Source: Armatimonadota bacterium
GTDB taxonomy: Bacteria > Armatimonadota > SYMT01
Direction: 5' to 3'
NCBI GenBank assembly: GCA_041690135.1
Contig: JAWLHY010000006.1
Location: 166,327 to 230,326 of the forward strand
Length of the DNA stretch: 64,000 nucleotides
The translations under genes were made by a program, and so were the position numbers. Under the pieces are notes generated by a model, which worked only from the letters and a program-made list of their open reading frames with translations, had not been told where the DNA came from and ran no database searches. Within the stretch, counting starts at the first letter, position 1. Each line of letters begins with the position of its first letter. Below, piece by piece: positions 1 through 9,300 of the stretch.

Positions 1-453
1 CACGCCGCCGCCAATGGTGCCGGGGATGCCACACGCAAACTCGAGACCGGCCAGTCCCGAAACAGCCGCGGTACGGGAAACCACCGCGAGGAGCGCGCCC
101 GACTGGGCGTAGCCGGAAGTGTCGCGGAACTCGATGCGGGAGAGGTTCTCCGCCACTTTCAGCACGACCCCTCGGATCCCGCCATCGCGGATCAGCAGGT
201 TGCTGCCGTTCCCGATCACCGTGAACGGCACGCCCGTTTCCCGCACGAGGGGAACGATGGCCTGGAGATCGGTTACCGTCCGAGGCAACAGGAGAACATC
301 TGCCGGGCCTCCTATCCGGAAACTGGTGTGCCGCGATAACGGCTCCTGGAGCCGGATTTCCGTGTCCTTCAGGTGGCTCTCCAGCCGCACCAACAACCGA
401 TCCGATACTTCCGGGTCCAGCCCCACTTTTGCCTCCGTTGCCACTCCCGCCAT
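1..453 (-). CDS. murB: UDP-N-acetylenolpyruvoylglucosamine reductase (5' part; runs off the window)
   Basis: Manual translation from ATG at 453: MAGVATEAK...QEPLSRHTSFRIGGPADVLL...VIGNGSNLLI...LAGLEFACGIPGTIGGGV, typical MurB motifs. Not in the ORF track because it is truncated. Confidence 0.93.
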   Translation of the reverse strand, partial: MAGVATEAKVGLDPEVSDRLLVRLESHLKDTEIRLQEPLSRHTSFRIGGPADVLLLPRTVTDLQAIVPLVRETGVPFTVIGNGSNLLIRDGGIRGVVLKVAENLSRIEFRDTSGYAQSGALLAVVSRTAAVSGLAGLEFACGIPGTIGGGV

Positions 454-500
454 CGCCGAACAGCCTGCCTTTAGATTCTCGGTGAGTGAGGCGGGGAGGC

Positions 501-1559
501 CTACTCCCCCTTCCCCGTGACTTCTCCCTCCGTCTCCAGCCCCAGCTTCCGCTCCAACTCTTTCACTCGCTTCAGCAATTGGGGCAACTGGCCAAGTGCT
601 GCTTCCAGGCGCACCGCCTCCCGGTGCGGCCGCGCCGGATGGCCGGAGATCATCTTCCCTGCGGGCTGGTCGCCCCAGATCCCGGACTTGCCGCCGGCCA
701 TCACTCCGTCGCCAATCTTGATGTGATCCTTCACCCCCGACTGCCCCGCCAATACTACCCCGTTGCCGAGAACGGCACTCCCGGCGATCCCCACCTGGGA
801 AATGATGAGGCAGTGGGCCCCCGTGCGCACGTTATGGGCAATCTGGACCAGGTTGTCCACTTTGGTGCCCGGACCGATCACCGTTTCACCGGTAGTGGCC
901 CGGTCGATGGTGGTATTCGCACCGATCTCCACGTCGTCCGCGATGCGCACCCGGCCTACCTGGGGAATCTTGGTGTGCTCGCGCCCGGACCACTCGTAGC
1001 CAAAACCATCCGAACCGACCACCGTTCCCGACTGGATGCGCACGCGGCTCCCCACGATCGTCTGCGGATAGAGCACCACCTGCGGGTAGAGCACGCTGTT
1101 CTCGCCCACTTCCGCCTCTTCCCCGACCACCACGTGGGCGTGGACCACCGCGCCCGGCCCCACGCGGGCGCCCCGGCCGATCACCGCATACGGCCCAATC
1201 GAGCAGCCCTCACCCAACTCCGCCTGCGGATCCACGACTGCGGTCGGGTGCACTCCCGGCGCCGGCCGCACCTCCGGCCGCAACAACTCCAGGGCGCGAG
1301 CAAAGGCCAACTTGGGTTGTGCCACGCGGATGCAGGGTCGCGGCATGGGCTCCATTTTGGTGGAAATGAGAAAGGCGCTCGCGGAAGTGGCCAGGGCCGT
1401 TTCCCGGTAGCGCTCACTCTCGACCCGCACGATCGTGCCCGGAGCTGCGTCCTCGAGACCCGCGGCCCCGTGGATCACTACATCCGGATCGCCGGCTACT
1501 TCTCCGCCCAGCGCTTCCGCCAGGTCTGCCAGGGAAATGACCCGCGCTGCTCTTAACAT
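501..1559 (-). CDS. lpxD: UDP-3-O-(3-hydroxyacyl)glucosamine N-acyltransferase
   Basis: Hexapeptide repeats, GSDGFGY, IPQVGRV, ANTTIDRAT, KVDNLVQIAHNV; GGAG RBS upstream. Confidence 0.95.
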   Translation of the reverse strand: MLRAARVISLADLAEALGGEVAGDPDVVIHGAAGLEDAAPGTIVRVESERYRETALATSASAFLISTKMEPMPRPCIRVAQPKLAFARALELLRPEVRPAPGVHPTAVVDPQAELGEGCSIGPYAVIGRGARVGPGAVVHAHVVVGEEAEVGENSVLYPQVVLYPQTIVGSRVRIQSGTVVGSDGFGYEWSGREHTKIPQVGRVRIADDVEIGANTTIDRATTGETVIGPGTKVDNLVQIAHNVRTGAHCLIISQVGIAGSAVLGNGVVLAGQSGVKDHIKIGDGVMAGGKSGIWGDQPAGKMISGHPARPHREAVRLEAALGQLPQLLKRVKELERKLGLETEGEVTGKGE

Positions 1560-1571
1560 CACTCAGCTCCT

Positions 1572-2735
1572 TTAGGGGGTACTAGGGGGTATACGGGCAG
1601 CCAGAGCCCGGCGCACGGCGGGAAGCAACTCCGCCGTTCTGTCCGGCACTCCGGTCTGTTTGGGCTTCAGGTCGACCGCCGCCGACCGTGCAGCGTTGTT
1701 GGCGGACACGCGCAGGTCGCGAAGGATGGCCTGGTAAAGCGAAGTCCTCTTGAGAAAGAGTGCCTGGAGCGCAGCCGCGTTCCCCCAAAGAGGCTGGGAT
1801 GGCTTCGGCAACTCCTGCGGCGCCGCCTGGGACCCTTCGGCGGAAGGGGCGGCACTCGGGGCCAGTGCTACCGGCACCGGCGCCACGTGCGGAGAAGGCA
1901 ACGTCCGATGCTGTAGTTGCTCTAGCGCCTCCCGTTCTTCCCGCGCGAGCCGCATTTGCTCCTGAGAGCGCGCTTCGTTGCGCTCTCGCTCGGCTCGCGC
2001 CAACTCTTCGGCGGGAATTTCCACCCGGCGCATGGGTTGGCGCCTGGGAATCTCCAACGCCCGACGCAGACGTTCCAGCTCCGCTTCCCGCAACACTTCC
2101 AATCGGTGGCGCGCTTCATCCCGCTCCGCTCGCCGCTTTCGCAATTCGTCGGAGGTGTACAGGGCGCGGCGATCCGACCGCTCTTCCAGTTCCCGAATGC
2201 GGCGCTCGAGGCGGTCCATCTCCAGGGTGCGCGCGCGCACTTCCGCCAGGTCGTCGCCGGCCGCCTCTGCCTCCGGCAATTCCAGCCGCGCTTCCACAAA
2301 GCGCCGGCGCAGCCTGGCCAACTCGATCCGATAGGCCCTCTCTGCGTGATCCGGTTCAGCCTGCGCTCGGGTCAGGAACTCCTCGCGAACGGCCTCTCGG
2401 GCGCGGTGGAGATCCGGCGTAAGTCGCGGTGCGACGGGCTCCTGCGGAGGTACCGGAGCGGGGATGATCACTTCTTCCGGTACTTCCAGAGCCTGGAGAG
2501 CCACCGGGACCGACTTGCCGCGTAAACGTTCGATCTGGCGATCCAGCGACTTGAGTTGTCCGGCGGCCGGATGGAAAGACACGTACCTTTCGACCTGCAC
2601 GTAACCCGTACGCCGAACGACGGGGGCTGGTGGGGCGACGCGAGCAGGCACGGGAGGTCTGGGTCCGCACCCAACCAACACCCCCAAACTGAGGGATAGG
2701 GCGGATGCCCGCGCTGCCGATTGCCAGCCGAACAT
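1572..2735 (-). CDS. Putative lipoprotein with long coiled coil, possibly a divergent Skp/OmpH-like protein
   Basis: Hydrophobic leader ending LVGC (lipobox), then GYVQVE resembling the Skp GYVD strand, and an E/R-rich helical body; lies between skp and lpxD. Start uncertain. Confidence 0.6.
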   Translation of the reverse strand: MFGWQSAARASALSLSLGVLVGCGPRPPVPARVAPPAPVVRRTGYVQVERYVSFHPAAGQLKSLDRQIERLRGKSVPVALQALEVPEEVIIPAPVPPQEPVAPRLTPDLHRAREAVREEFLTRAQAEPDHAERAYRIELARLRRRFVEARLELPEAEAAGDDLAEVRARTLEMDRLERRIRELEERSDRRALYTSDELRKRRAERDEARHRLEVLREAELERLRRALEIPRRQPMRRVEIPAEELARAERERNEARSQEQMRLAREEREALEQLQHRTLPSPHVAPVPVALAPSAAPSAEGSQAAPQELPKPSQPLWGNAAALQALFLKRTSLYQAILRDLRVSANNAARSAAVDLKPKQTGVPDRTAELLPAVRRALAARIPPSTP

Positions 2736-2778
2736 CCGCCCTATCTGCGTCTTTCTGCCCGTGAAAGCCACGGATCGT

Positions 2779-3447
2779 CTACTTCGCCGCCGTCGCCCCG
2801 AGCTTGCGAAGAACGTCCGGGGTAAGGTCCTGACCACCGAAGAGCACGGCCTGCCGGTCCAAAATCAGGACCAGGTCTTTGTTGTCCGCAACCTCTTCCA
2901 CCTTCTTCAGGATCTTGCCCTGCATTTCATCCAGGACCTTGCCCTGGAGTTGCGCGAGCTGTTCCCGCCGCCGATTGGCCTCATCCTGAAGGACCGTGAT
3001 GCCGGTTTTGCGCAGCTTGTCGAGTTCCCCCAGGCGCTTTTGCTGATCATCGGACAGCCGCTCCGTCCCGGCAAGAGTGCTGAACTCACGGTCGAGTACA
3101 TCGCTCTGCTTTTCGAGATCTTCGATCCGCTTCTTCTCGCCATCCGAAACCGTCTTCTTGGCTCGGAGGGTCTTCAACTCCTCCAGTTCCGCCTTGGTCA
3201 GGTAACGGGTGCGGTTGAGGGCCTCGATCTCTTCCTGCAGCTTCGTCTGCATATCCTCGTACTGGCGGACCAGGACTTGCCATTCTTGCGTTTGCTTCAC
3301 CTGGTCGGTGACTTTCGCCAGATCGACATAACCCAGGGCCGGGTCCGCCTTGCCCTTGTTCTTTTGCGCGTTGCCGGGCAGGGCCGTGGCGACGAGACCA
3401 CCTAGCACGGCCGCCGCGACGACGCTGGTCAGCTTCCATCCATGCAT
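2779..3447 (-). CDS. skp: OmpH/Skp family periplasmic chaperone
   Basis: Signal peptide, LGYVDLAKV, coiled coil, C-terminal VLILDRQAVLFGGQDLTPDVL; GAGGGGAGGA RBS; follows bamA. Confidence 0.88.
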   Translation of the reverse strand: MHGWKLTSVVAAAVLGGLVATALPGNAQKNKGKADPALGYVDLAKVTDQVKQTQEWQVLVRQYEDMQTKLQEEIEALNRTRYLTKAELEELKTLRAKKTVSDGEKKRIEDLEKQSDVLDREFSTLAGTERLSDDQQKRLGELDKLRKTGITVLQDEANRRREQLAQLQGKVLDEMQGKILKKVEEVADNKDLVLILDRQAVLFGGQDLTPDVLRKLGATAAK

Positions 3448-3599
3448 CTGCGTTCCTCCCTCTAGAGGGTATGTGCTCGGGCATTGCTGCCCTTCTCGGA
3501 TCCCGCGCCGACCAGACGTCCGCCGCCGGGATCGGCAGTGCCGGAGAGGTTTCCAGGTTACCCTCTCCGGCATCGCTTGCCGTTTCCGGAATAAGAACC

Positions 3600-3629
3600 G
3601 CGGGACGGCGGGTGGAACCGCCGTCCCGC
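3600..3629 (-). terminator. GC-rich hairpin just after the bamA stop (terminator or processing stem)
   Basis: GCGGGACGGCGG-gtggaa-CCGCCGTCCCGC, 12-bp stem. Confidence 0.5.
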
Positions 3630-3636
3630 CTTCAGC

Positions 3637-5511
3637 CTAGAAGGCGTGTCCGATACTGAAGTGGGTACGTGTCCCCTCTTCGCCGTAGCCGACGTCCAGC
3701 CGGATTGGGCCGATAGGGGTTTGCACCCGCAGTCCCAGCCCGATCGAAGCGAACGGGCGGATATCTTCGTGCTGCTCGAAGCGGTTGCCCCGGAACTGGA
3801 AGACACTTTCGGAACCGAACGCATCACCGACGTCTGCGAACAGAACGCCCACGATCGACTTCATGATCGGACGCCGGTACTCTACGCTGGCGAGATACAT
3901 GTGGTTCCCCCAGAAGCGGTCTTCCAGGTATCCGCGGAGGCTCTCGGCGCCGCCCATGAAGAACTGTTCGAAGAACGGGACCTTTCCAACTACTGTCCCC
4001 GCCATCAGACGGGTAGCGATCACCGGTACCTTTTGTGCCTCCTGCTCCCGTTCCGGTTCCTTGATGGCCTTGATCCCCCGGAGACGGAAGTAACGCCGGT
4101 AATCGACGATCACCTTGCTGAAAAAGGCGCTGTCGAACGTATCCGTGTTCGACTCGTCCAGGGACGTGTGGCCGAACTCGGTAACGACCCGGGAGAAGGT
4201 CCCTTCCGTCGGGTTCTGTACGTAGTCGCGAGTGTTCCAGATACGGCTCACATTCCCCGCGACCACCCGACCATTCTGACGCGGAAACTGGTTGTCCACG
4301 TTTCGCGGCAGGTCGCCCGTGCTAACGTCGTCGAAACGGAAGCCCATCGTTACCGGCCACCGGAAGGGCCGGCCGAAGCTCAACTGCCCGCCGAAGCGCC
4401 GTTCGAAGTAGCGGTCGTCGTCATTGTCCCGGAAATTCCCGAGGGACCGGGAGAACCGGTACACCAGCTTATTGTAGAGGCTGATGTTCATCGACGTCTT
4501 GTCCGGCGTCAACCAGGGCTCGAAGAACTGAATTTCGATGCTGGGTGCGCCGTCGCCCCCGAAGGTGCCGATTTCGCCGGCGATGCTGATCGCCTGCCCC
4601 TTACCCCGAAAGTTCTGGTCTGCCAACTCGGCACGCCCGATGAGCTGCTGCCGCGGGCTATACCCGGCACCGACCGAAACCTGGCCGGTGCGACGCTCGG
4701 TCAGTTCCCACGTGATCGCTGCCGTCGCGGTTTCCGGATCGGTCAGCACCACCGGGTTGATCGTCTCGAAGAACCCCAGCGCGCTAAGCGCCTGGTAGTC
4801 TCGATTGATCTGCTGGCTGTTGTAGAGTGCGCCGGGTCTCTGGGACAATTCCCTTTCGACGACGTAGTTCTTCGTCTTGTGCACCTCTTCGGTGCGGATG
4901 ACGTTGTCGTTCTCGTCCTTGATCTCGCGGGTGGGCCACTTGATGTTGAGGGAGCCGACCAGCAGTTCCCGGATTTCAACGCCCAGGATGCCCCGGTCCA
5001 GGAAGTCCGGGGACTCGCGGTTGGCGGTGTCCACAATGGCCACCACGTAGCCCTTGTCTGTGTAGAGCTTCTCCAGGGCGCGCAGGTCCGCTTCCCACTG
5101 GGTACGGTTGAACACCTCACCCGAGCGCGTCTTGATAGCGGCCCGGAGTTGCTCGTCGGTGAAGATGCTGCTTCCCGTGATGTCGATCTGCTGGATCAAC
5201 GGGTATTCCGTAACGATGAATACCAGGTTGACCATGTTCCCCATGCGCTGGGGATTGACGATCACGGACCGGAACCAGCCCAGCCGGAGAATGTCGAGCC
5301 GGTCGCGTTCGATACGCTCGGGCGAGGCGACATCCCCTTCTTTGGTGCTGATGGCGGTACGGATCGTCGGTTCGTTGATGCGCTGATTGCCGCGAATCTC
5401 TATCTTCTGCACCCTGAGCACCTGAGCACGCGCCGGCGTGAGCGGCGCAAGCACCAGGACAAGGAGCAGCCAGAGAGCGCAGCGAGCAGCATCGCGCGTC
5501 GCCTGGGTCAT
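3637..5511 (-). CDS. bamA: Omp85/BamA family outer membrane protein with about 3 POTRA domains
   Basis: Signal peptide, POTRA starts (IEIRGNQRI, IDITGSSIF), GGAESLRGY motif, GPIRLDVGYG, C-terminal Phe (SIGHAF). Confidence 0.9.
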   Translation of the reverse strand: MTQATRDAARCALWLLLVLVLAPLTPARAQVLRVQKIEIRGNQRINEPTIRTAISTKEGDVASPERIERDRLDILRLGWFRSVIVNPQRMGNMVNLVFIVTEYPLIQQIDITGSSIFTDEQLRAAIKTRSGEVFNRTQWEADLRALEKLYTDKGYVVAIVDTANRESPDFLDRGILGVEIRELLVGSLNIKWPTREIKDENDNVIRTEEVHKTKNYVVERELSQRPGALYNSQQINRDYQALSALGFFETINPVVLTDPETATAAITWELTERRTGQVSVGAGYSPRQQLIGRAELADQNFRGKGQAISIAGEIGTFGGDGAPSIEIQFFEPWLTPDKTSMNISLYNKLVYRFSRSLGNFRDNDDDRYFERRFGGQLSFGRPFRWPVTMGFRFDDVSTGDLPRNVDNQFPRQNGRVVAGNVSRIWNTRDYVQNPTEGTFSRVVTEFGHTSLDESNTDTFDSAFFSKVIVDYRRYFRLRGIKAIKEPEREQEAQKVPVIATRLMAGTVVGKVPFFEQFFMGGAESLRGYLEDRFWGNHMYLASVEYRRPIMKSIVGVLFADVGDAFGSESVFQFRGNRFEQHEDIRPFASIGLGLRVQTPIGPIRLDVGYGEEGTRTHFSIGHAF

Positions 5512-5631
5512 GGGACGCGTTCCTCCTTCCCTAATTACCCTTACTTTGCTTGGTTGACAGGCGTAGCCGGGCCGGCTGATGCCTTCGCAGAGGAATGTTG
5601 GCTGCGGTCTTCGTTAGTGTAGTCGGCTGGG

Positions 5632-6330
5632 TCAGCTTCGAAGATAAGCTTCGACTTTTCGCCGCAGCATCAATCGTCCCCGGTGAATGCGTGTCTTCAC
5701 CGCTTCAAGGCTGAGCGCCGTGATCTCCGCGATCTGCAAATAGGTCAAGTGCTGCAGATCGCAGAGGATGATCACCTGCCGGTACTCGTCAGGAAGGGAG
5801 TCGATCGCTTTGAGGACGTATCGATAGGTTTCTCGTCGGATAAGCACATCCTGGGGCGACTGTTCCCAGTCGGCTACTTCGAGCGGGCGCACCGCTTCCT
5901 CGGGACCCGCGGGGGCGTCGAGGGACGGTCCTTCTACGACCCGGCGGCGGTCCCGCTGCCGGAATCGGTTCTTGCACTGGTTCAGGGCGATCTGACAAAG
6001 CCACGTATGCACTTTACAGTCGCCGCGGAACGTCGAAAAGCTCTTGTACGCGTTCAGAAAGGTCTCCTGAGTCAGATCTTCAGCCTCTTCCCTATCACCA
6101 ATCTGGCGCAGGATCAGGTTGAAGATCTTCTTCTCATACTTGGAGACGATCTCTTCAAAGGTGAGCAGGCGGTCCTCGTCATCGGTAGCCCGGGACACGG
6201 AAGCACCTTCCTCGGTCGGTTCCGCGCGACGCACCGGTTCCGGCCGGCCGATCACCGCAGCATCGACGGAGCTGGACAGGCAGTCGGCCGAGAGTGACCT
6301 CTGGGATTGTGATCGATCCGCAGCATCCAT
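5632..6330 (-). CDS. ECF RNA polymerase sigma factor (RpoE/SigW-like)
   Basis: AEDLTQETFLNAY, F...TWLCQIALN (region 2); LPDEYRQVI...YLQIAEI...VKTRIHRGR (region 4). True start may be further downstream. Confidence 0.9.
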   Translation of the reverse strand: MDAADRSQSQRSLSADCLSSSVDAAVIGRPEPVRRAEPTEEGASVSRATDDEDRLLTFEEIVSKYEKKIFNLILRQIGDREEAEDLTQETFLNAYKSFSTFRGDCKVHTWLCQIALNQCKNRFRQRDRRRVVEGPSLDAPAGPEEAVRPLEVADWEQSPQDVLIRRETYRYVLKAIDSLPDEYRQVIILCDLQHLTYLQIAEITALSLEAVKTRIHRGRLMLRRKVEAYLRS

Positions 6331-6348
6331 CAGGTAGTCATTCCGGCA

Positions 6349-9300
6349 CTAAAAAGAGATCCCGCCGCTGAAGAAGAACACGCGGACACCCAACGGCTCC
6401 TCCTGGCGGTAGCCCACTCGCACCCTCGGCGTGAGCCGGTAGTAGACCTCGTAGCGAGTGGGGTTGTCGCCCTCGGCGGAACCAAACTGTTGTGAAACCG
6501 TGCCGTAAAGTTTTCCGAAAAGCTGCCTTCCCAGCCGGATACGCAGTGGTTGGCTGACCCCTACGTCGATGGCGAAAACGCTTAAGCCGAGTGCGGACTG
6601 CAGGGCATCCTCGATCCGGCCCGTGAGGGCGCTGGACACGTTGGCCGCAATCGCTTGCTCGATCTGGGTGCGTAACGCCTCTACTACATTAGACCCCCCG
6701 CCCCCAAATCCTTCCACGCCGAAGTGCTGTCGAATTAATGCCTCAATTTCGCCCGCAGGCAATGGCGGATCGGTTCGCACCGTGATCGTAAGACCGCCAT
6801 CTCCACCGAGGAGCAACCCACCGGAGACCCCGGCCGGGCGGACACTCCCTTCCCCCCCGGTGCCCGGCGTCCCGCGAATCAAGAACTCCAGTTCGTAATC
6901 CTCGGCTTCGAGCGCGACCGTGCGCTGCAGGCGCACCGTGCTGGTCGCCGTGAGGTCTACGTAAAGACTGGTCCGCCCTTCCGCGCCTGCGTCCCGCCCG
7001 CGGCCGTCGTACGCGATGCGCAGCACCCCTTCCACGTTCCTCAGGCGCAGTCCTGGGAGCGGAATCGTGCCTTCCAGCACCCGGATCTCTCCGGTGACCA
7101 GCGGTGCTCCCACCGTCTGGGTGACCCGCACTCCTTCCCCAAGCTTCAGCCGCGCCTGCGGATTACGCAGCCATACGTTGTTCCCGATGACCAACTGAAG
7201 ATCAACCGTTGGGCCGCCGGGTTCACTTTCGCGCGGTTCGGAGAAAATGGGGTCATACGCCAACAGGGTCGAGCTTTCGTCCAACCGAATTGCGCCCGTT
7301 ATAGTGGGATGTTGCAGGTCGCCCGTGATCCGGATGGGCGCCGGCTGCTTGACGGAGGCACGGTTCACCGACTGGAGCACACCCCTTGTCTGCGTCCCCT
7401 TGAAGGCCTCTCCCAGTAAGCTGCCTACCTTCTTCTCAATGAATTTAAACTGGTCTACAGAAAGTCTAATATCCAGTCGGGCCGACGCAGGCACGCCGTC
7501 CACGGAGCCCAGCGTTACCGTACCGGCACCTTCTACAGCCCCACCGTGATTGCTGTTTCCGGAAAGCTGGGTTAGCTCCAACTGGTCTCCCCGGAGGTCG
7601 ACCCGGAGGTTCACCTCACGGATCTCCGTTTCCAATCCCTCAACCCGCAGCGTTGCATCGGAGAGGCGGAAGAAGCCGTCATTTGCCGGGTTCTCACGGG
7701 TGCCGCCCAACGTGATTCGGCCTTCCATTTTCCCGTGAGTGGCGGCGATTTGCCGCAGTGCGGCCACCAGCGGCGCCATCCGGCTCGGGTTCTCGCCACC
7801 GCGCTCCGCGGCCAGAGCTTCGGACTCGGCGGCCAGTTCGTTGAGGACGGAGAGCGACTGCTCCGGTACCAGCACCGTCAACTCGCGGCGCGCGTCGACG
7901 GGAACGACCAACTTGGGCCAGGTGAGGGGCAGCGAACCAATGACCCTCACCTGGCTCTCACCGGAAGGCAGTCGCTTCACCAGCCGCGCAGCGGTAGCAC
8001 GCAGCATTCCCTCCGTGGCGGAATACTCCGCGCCTTCCAGCGCGAACTTGTCGAACGGAATCCCCGACAGGAGTGGCTCATCCACCTCGATGTTCAACTT
8101 CAGGTGGGGAAACTTCACGCTTCCGGATGCCGCAAGCGAGACCTCCGCGATCCCATCCAACGGCTGGATCCCCTGGAGGCGCGCTTCCAGGCCGCGGATC
8201 GGCAGTCGAGCGAGCGAGCTGATTTTAAGCTTCTCACCCCGGGCGTGGGCGTTGAGGCTTCCAGGGTCATCACCGGATGGCTCCACCAGTACCCCGGCCA
8301 GTGAGAGTTTGGTCTCCGGCTCCTGCACCAACGTTAGGTCTGCAACTTCCAGGCGGCCGGGCCGGTAGCTAAAGCGACTCGCGAGGCGCATCGGGGGTGC
8401 TTCCGAGTCCGGTGGAGAGGCGAGGTCGGGCACAGAGAGTTCGCCGACGACGGACGGATGCGCTCGCATGCGCATGGCATTTCCCACCGCAGCGAGCGTT
8501 GTGGGGATGGGTCCGGCGCCTATCGGCACCGAGAGGGTGGCGGAAAGGTGACCGGCGACCGGACTGGTCCACTGGTCGAGTGCTTCCCGCAGGGTATCGA
8601 AGGACTTGCGGCCATAGAAGGGGCTGTCCTGGACGAGTTGCTCGATGACGGCCACCGGGACCGCATCTACTACGATCTGCCCCCCCAGCCAGTCGAGTAG
8701 ATGCGCTTTCGGCGTCCGCCCTTCCTGCCACACGACCAGATGCGGGATGCGCAGAGTCCCAGAACCGAAGCGCGCGTTAAGCTCCCGCAGGACCGTCAGT
8801 TGCCGGTTCCATTGGACTCGGAAGGGTTGCATGGGAACCGCACGCCCATTCAGGATCAGGCCAGCCAGGGCGAATTCCCCTTCCACCTGGGGTTCGCCGA
8901 CCGTGCCACTGACGTGGACAACTGCCTGTTCCAGCGTAGCGGAGACAGAAGCGTAGTTCCGCACCTCCGGTGCAAAACGGGTGATCAGTGGCGCGAGACG
9001 TATTCCTCTTACATCCAGACGCAGATCCAGATGCATCTGGGAAGTCCGGTCGTCGGGAGGTGCCTTCGGATCCCACAAGAGTTTGCCGGCCCCCCCCGCC
9101 TGAAGCAGTGTGGATGCCGCGCTGAGGTCGGAGAGTTCCACAGTGGACTGCGCCAGGTCGACCTTCCCGACGACGTGGACGCTGCCCAGGTCGAACTGCT
9201 GGTAGGCGACCCGGCTCCCCTGCGCCTCAAAGGTGAGTTCCGGCGCTTCGATGGATCCGGCCACCCCAACGCTGAACGCGTCCAGACTGCCGGAAATGGG

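Noticed and set aside
3610-3622. GGGTGGAACCGCC resembling a T-box antiterminator
   Set aside because: It is the loop and stem of a simple hairpin after bamA, on the opposite strand, with no amino-acid-related gene downstream.
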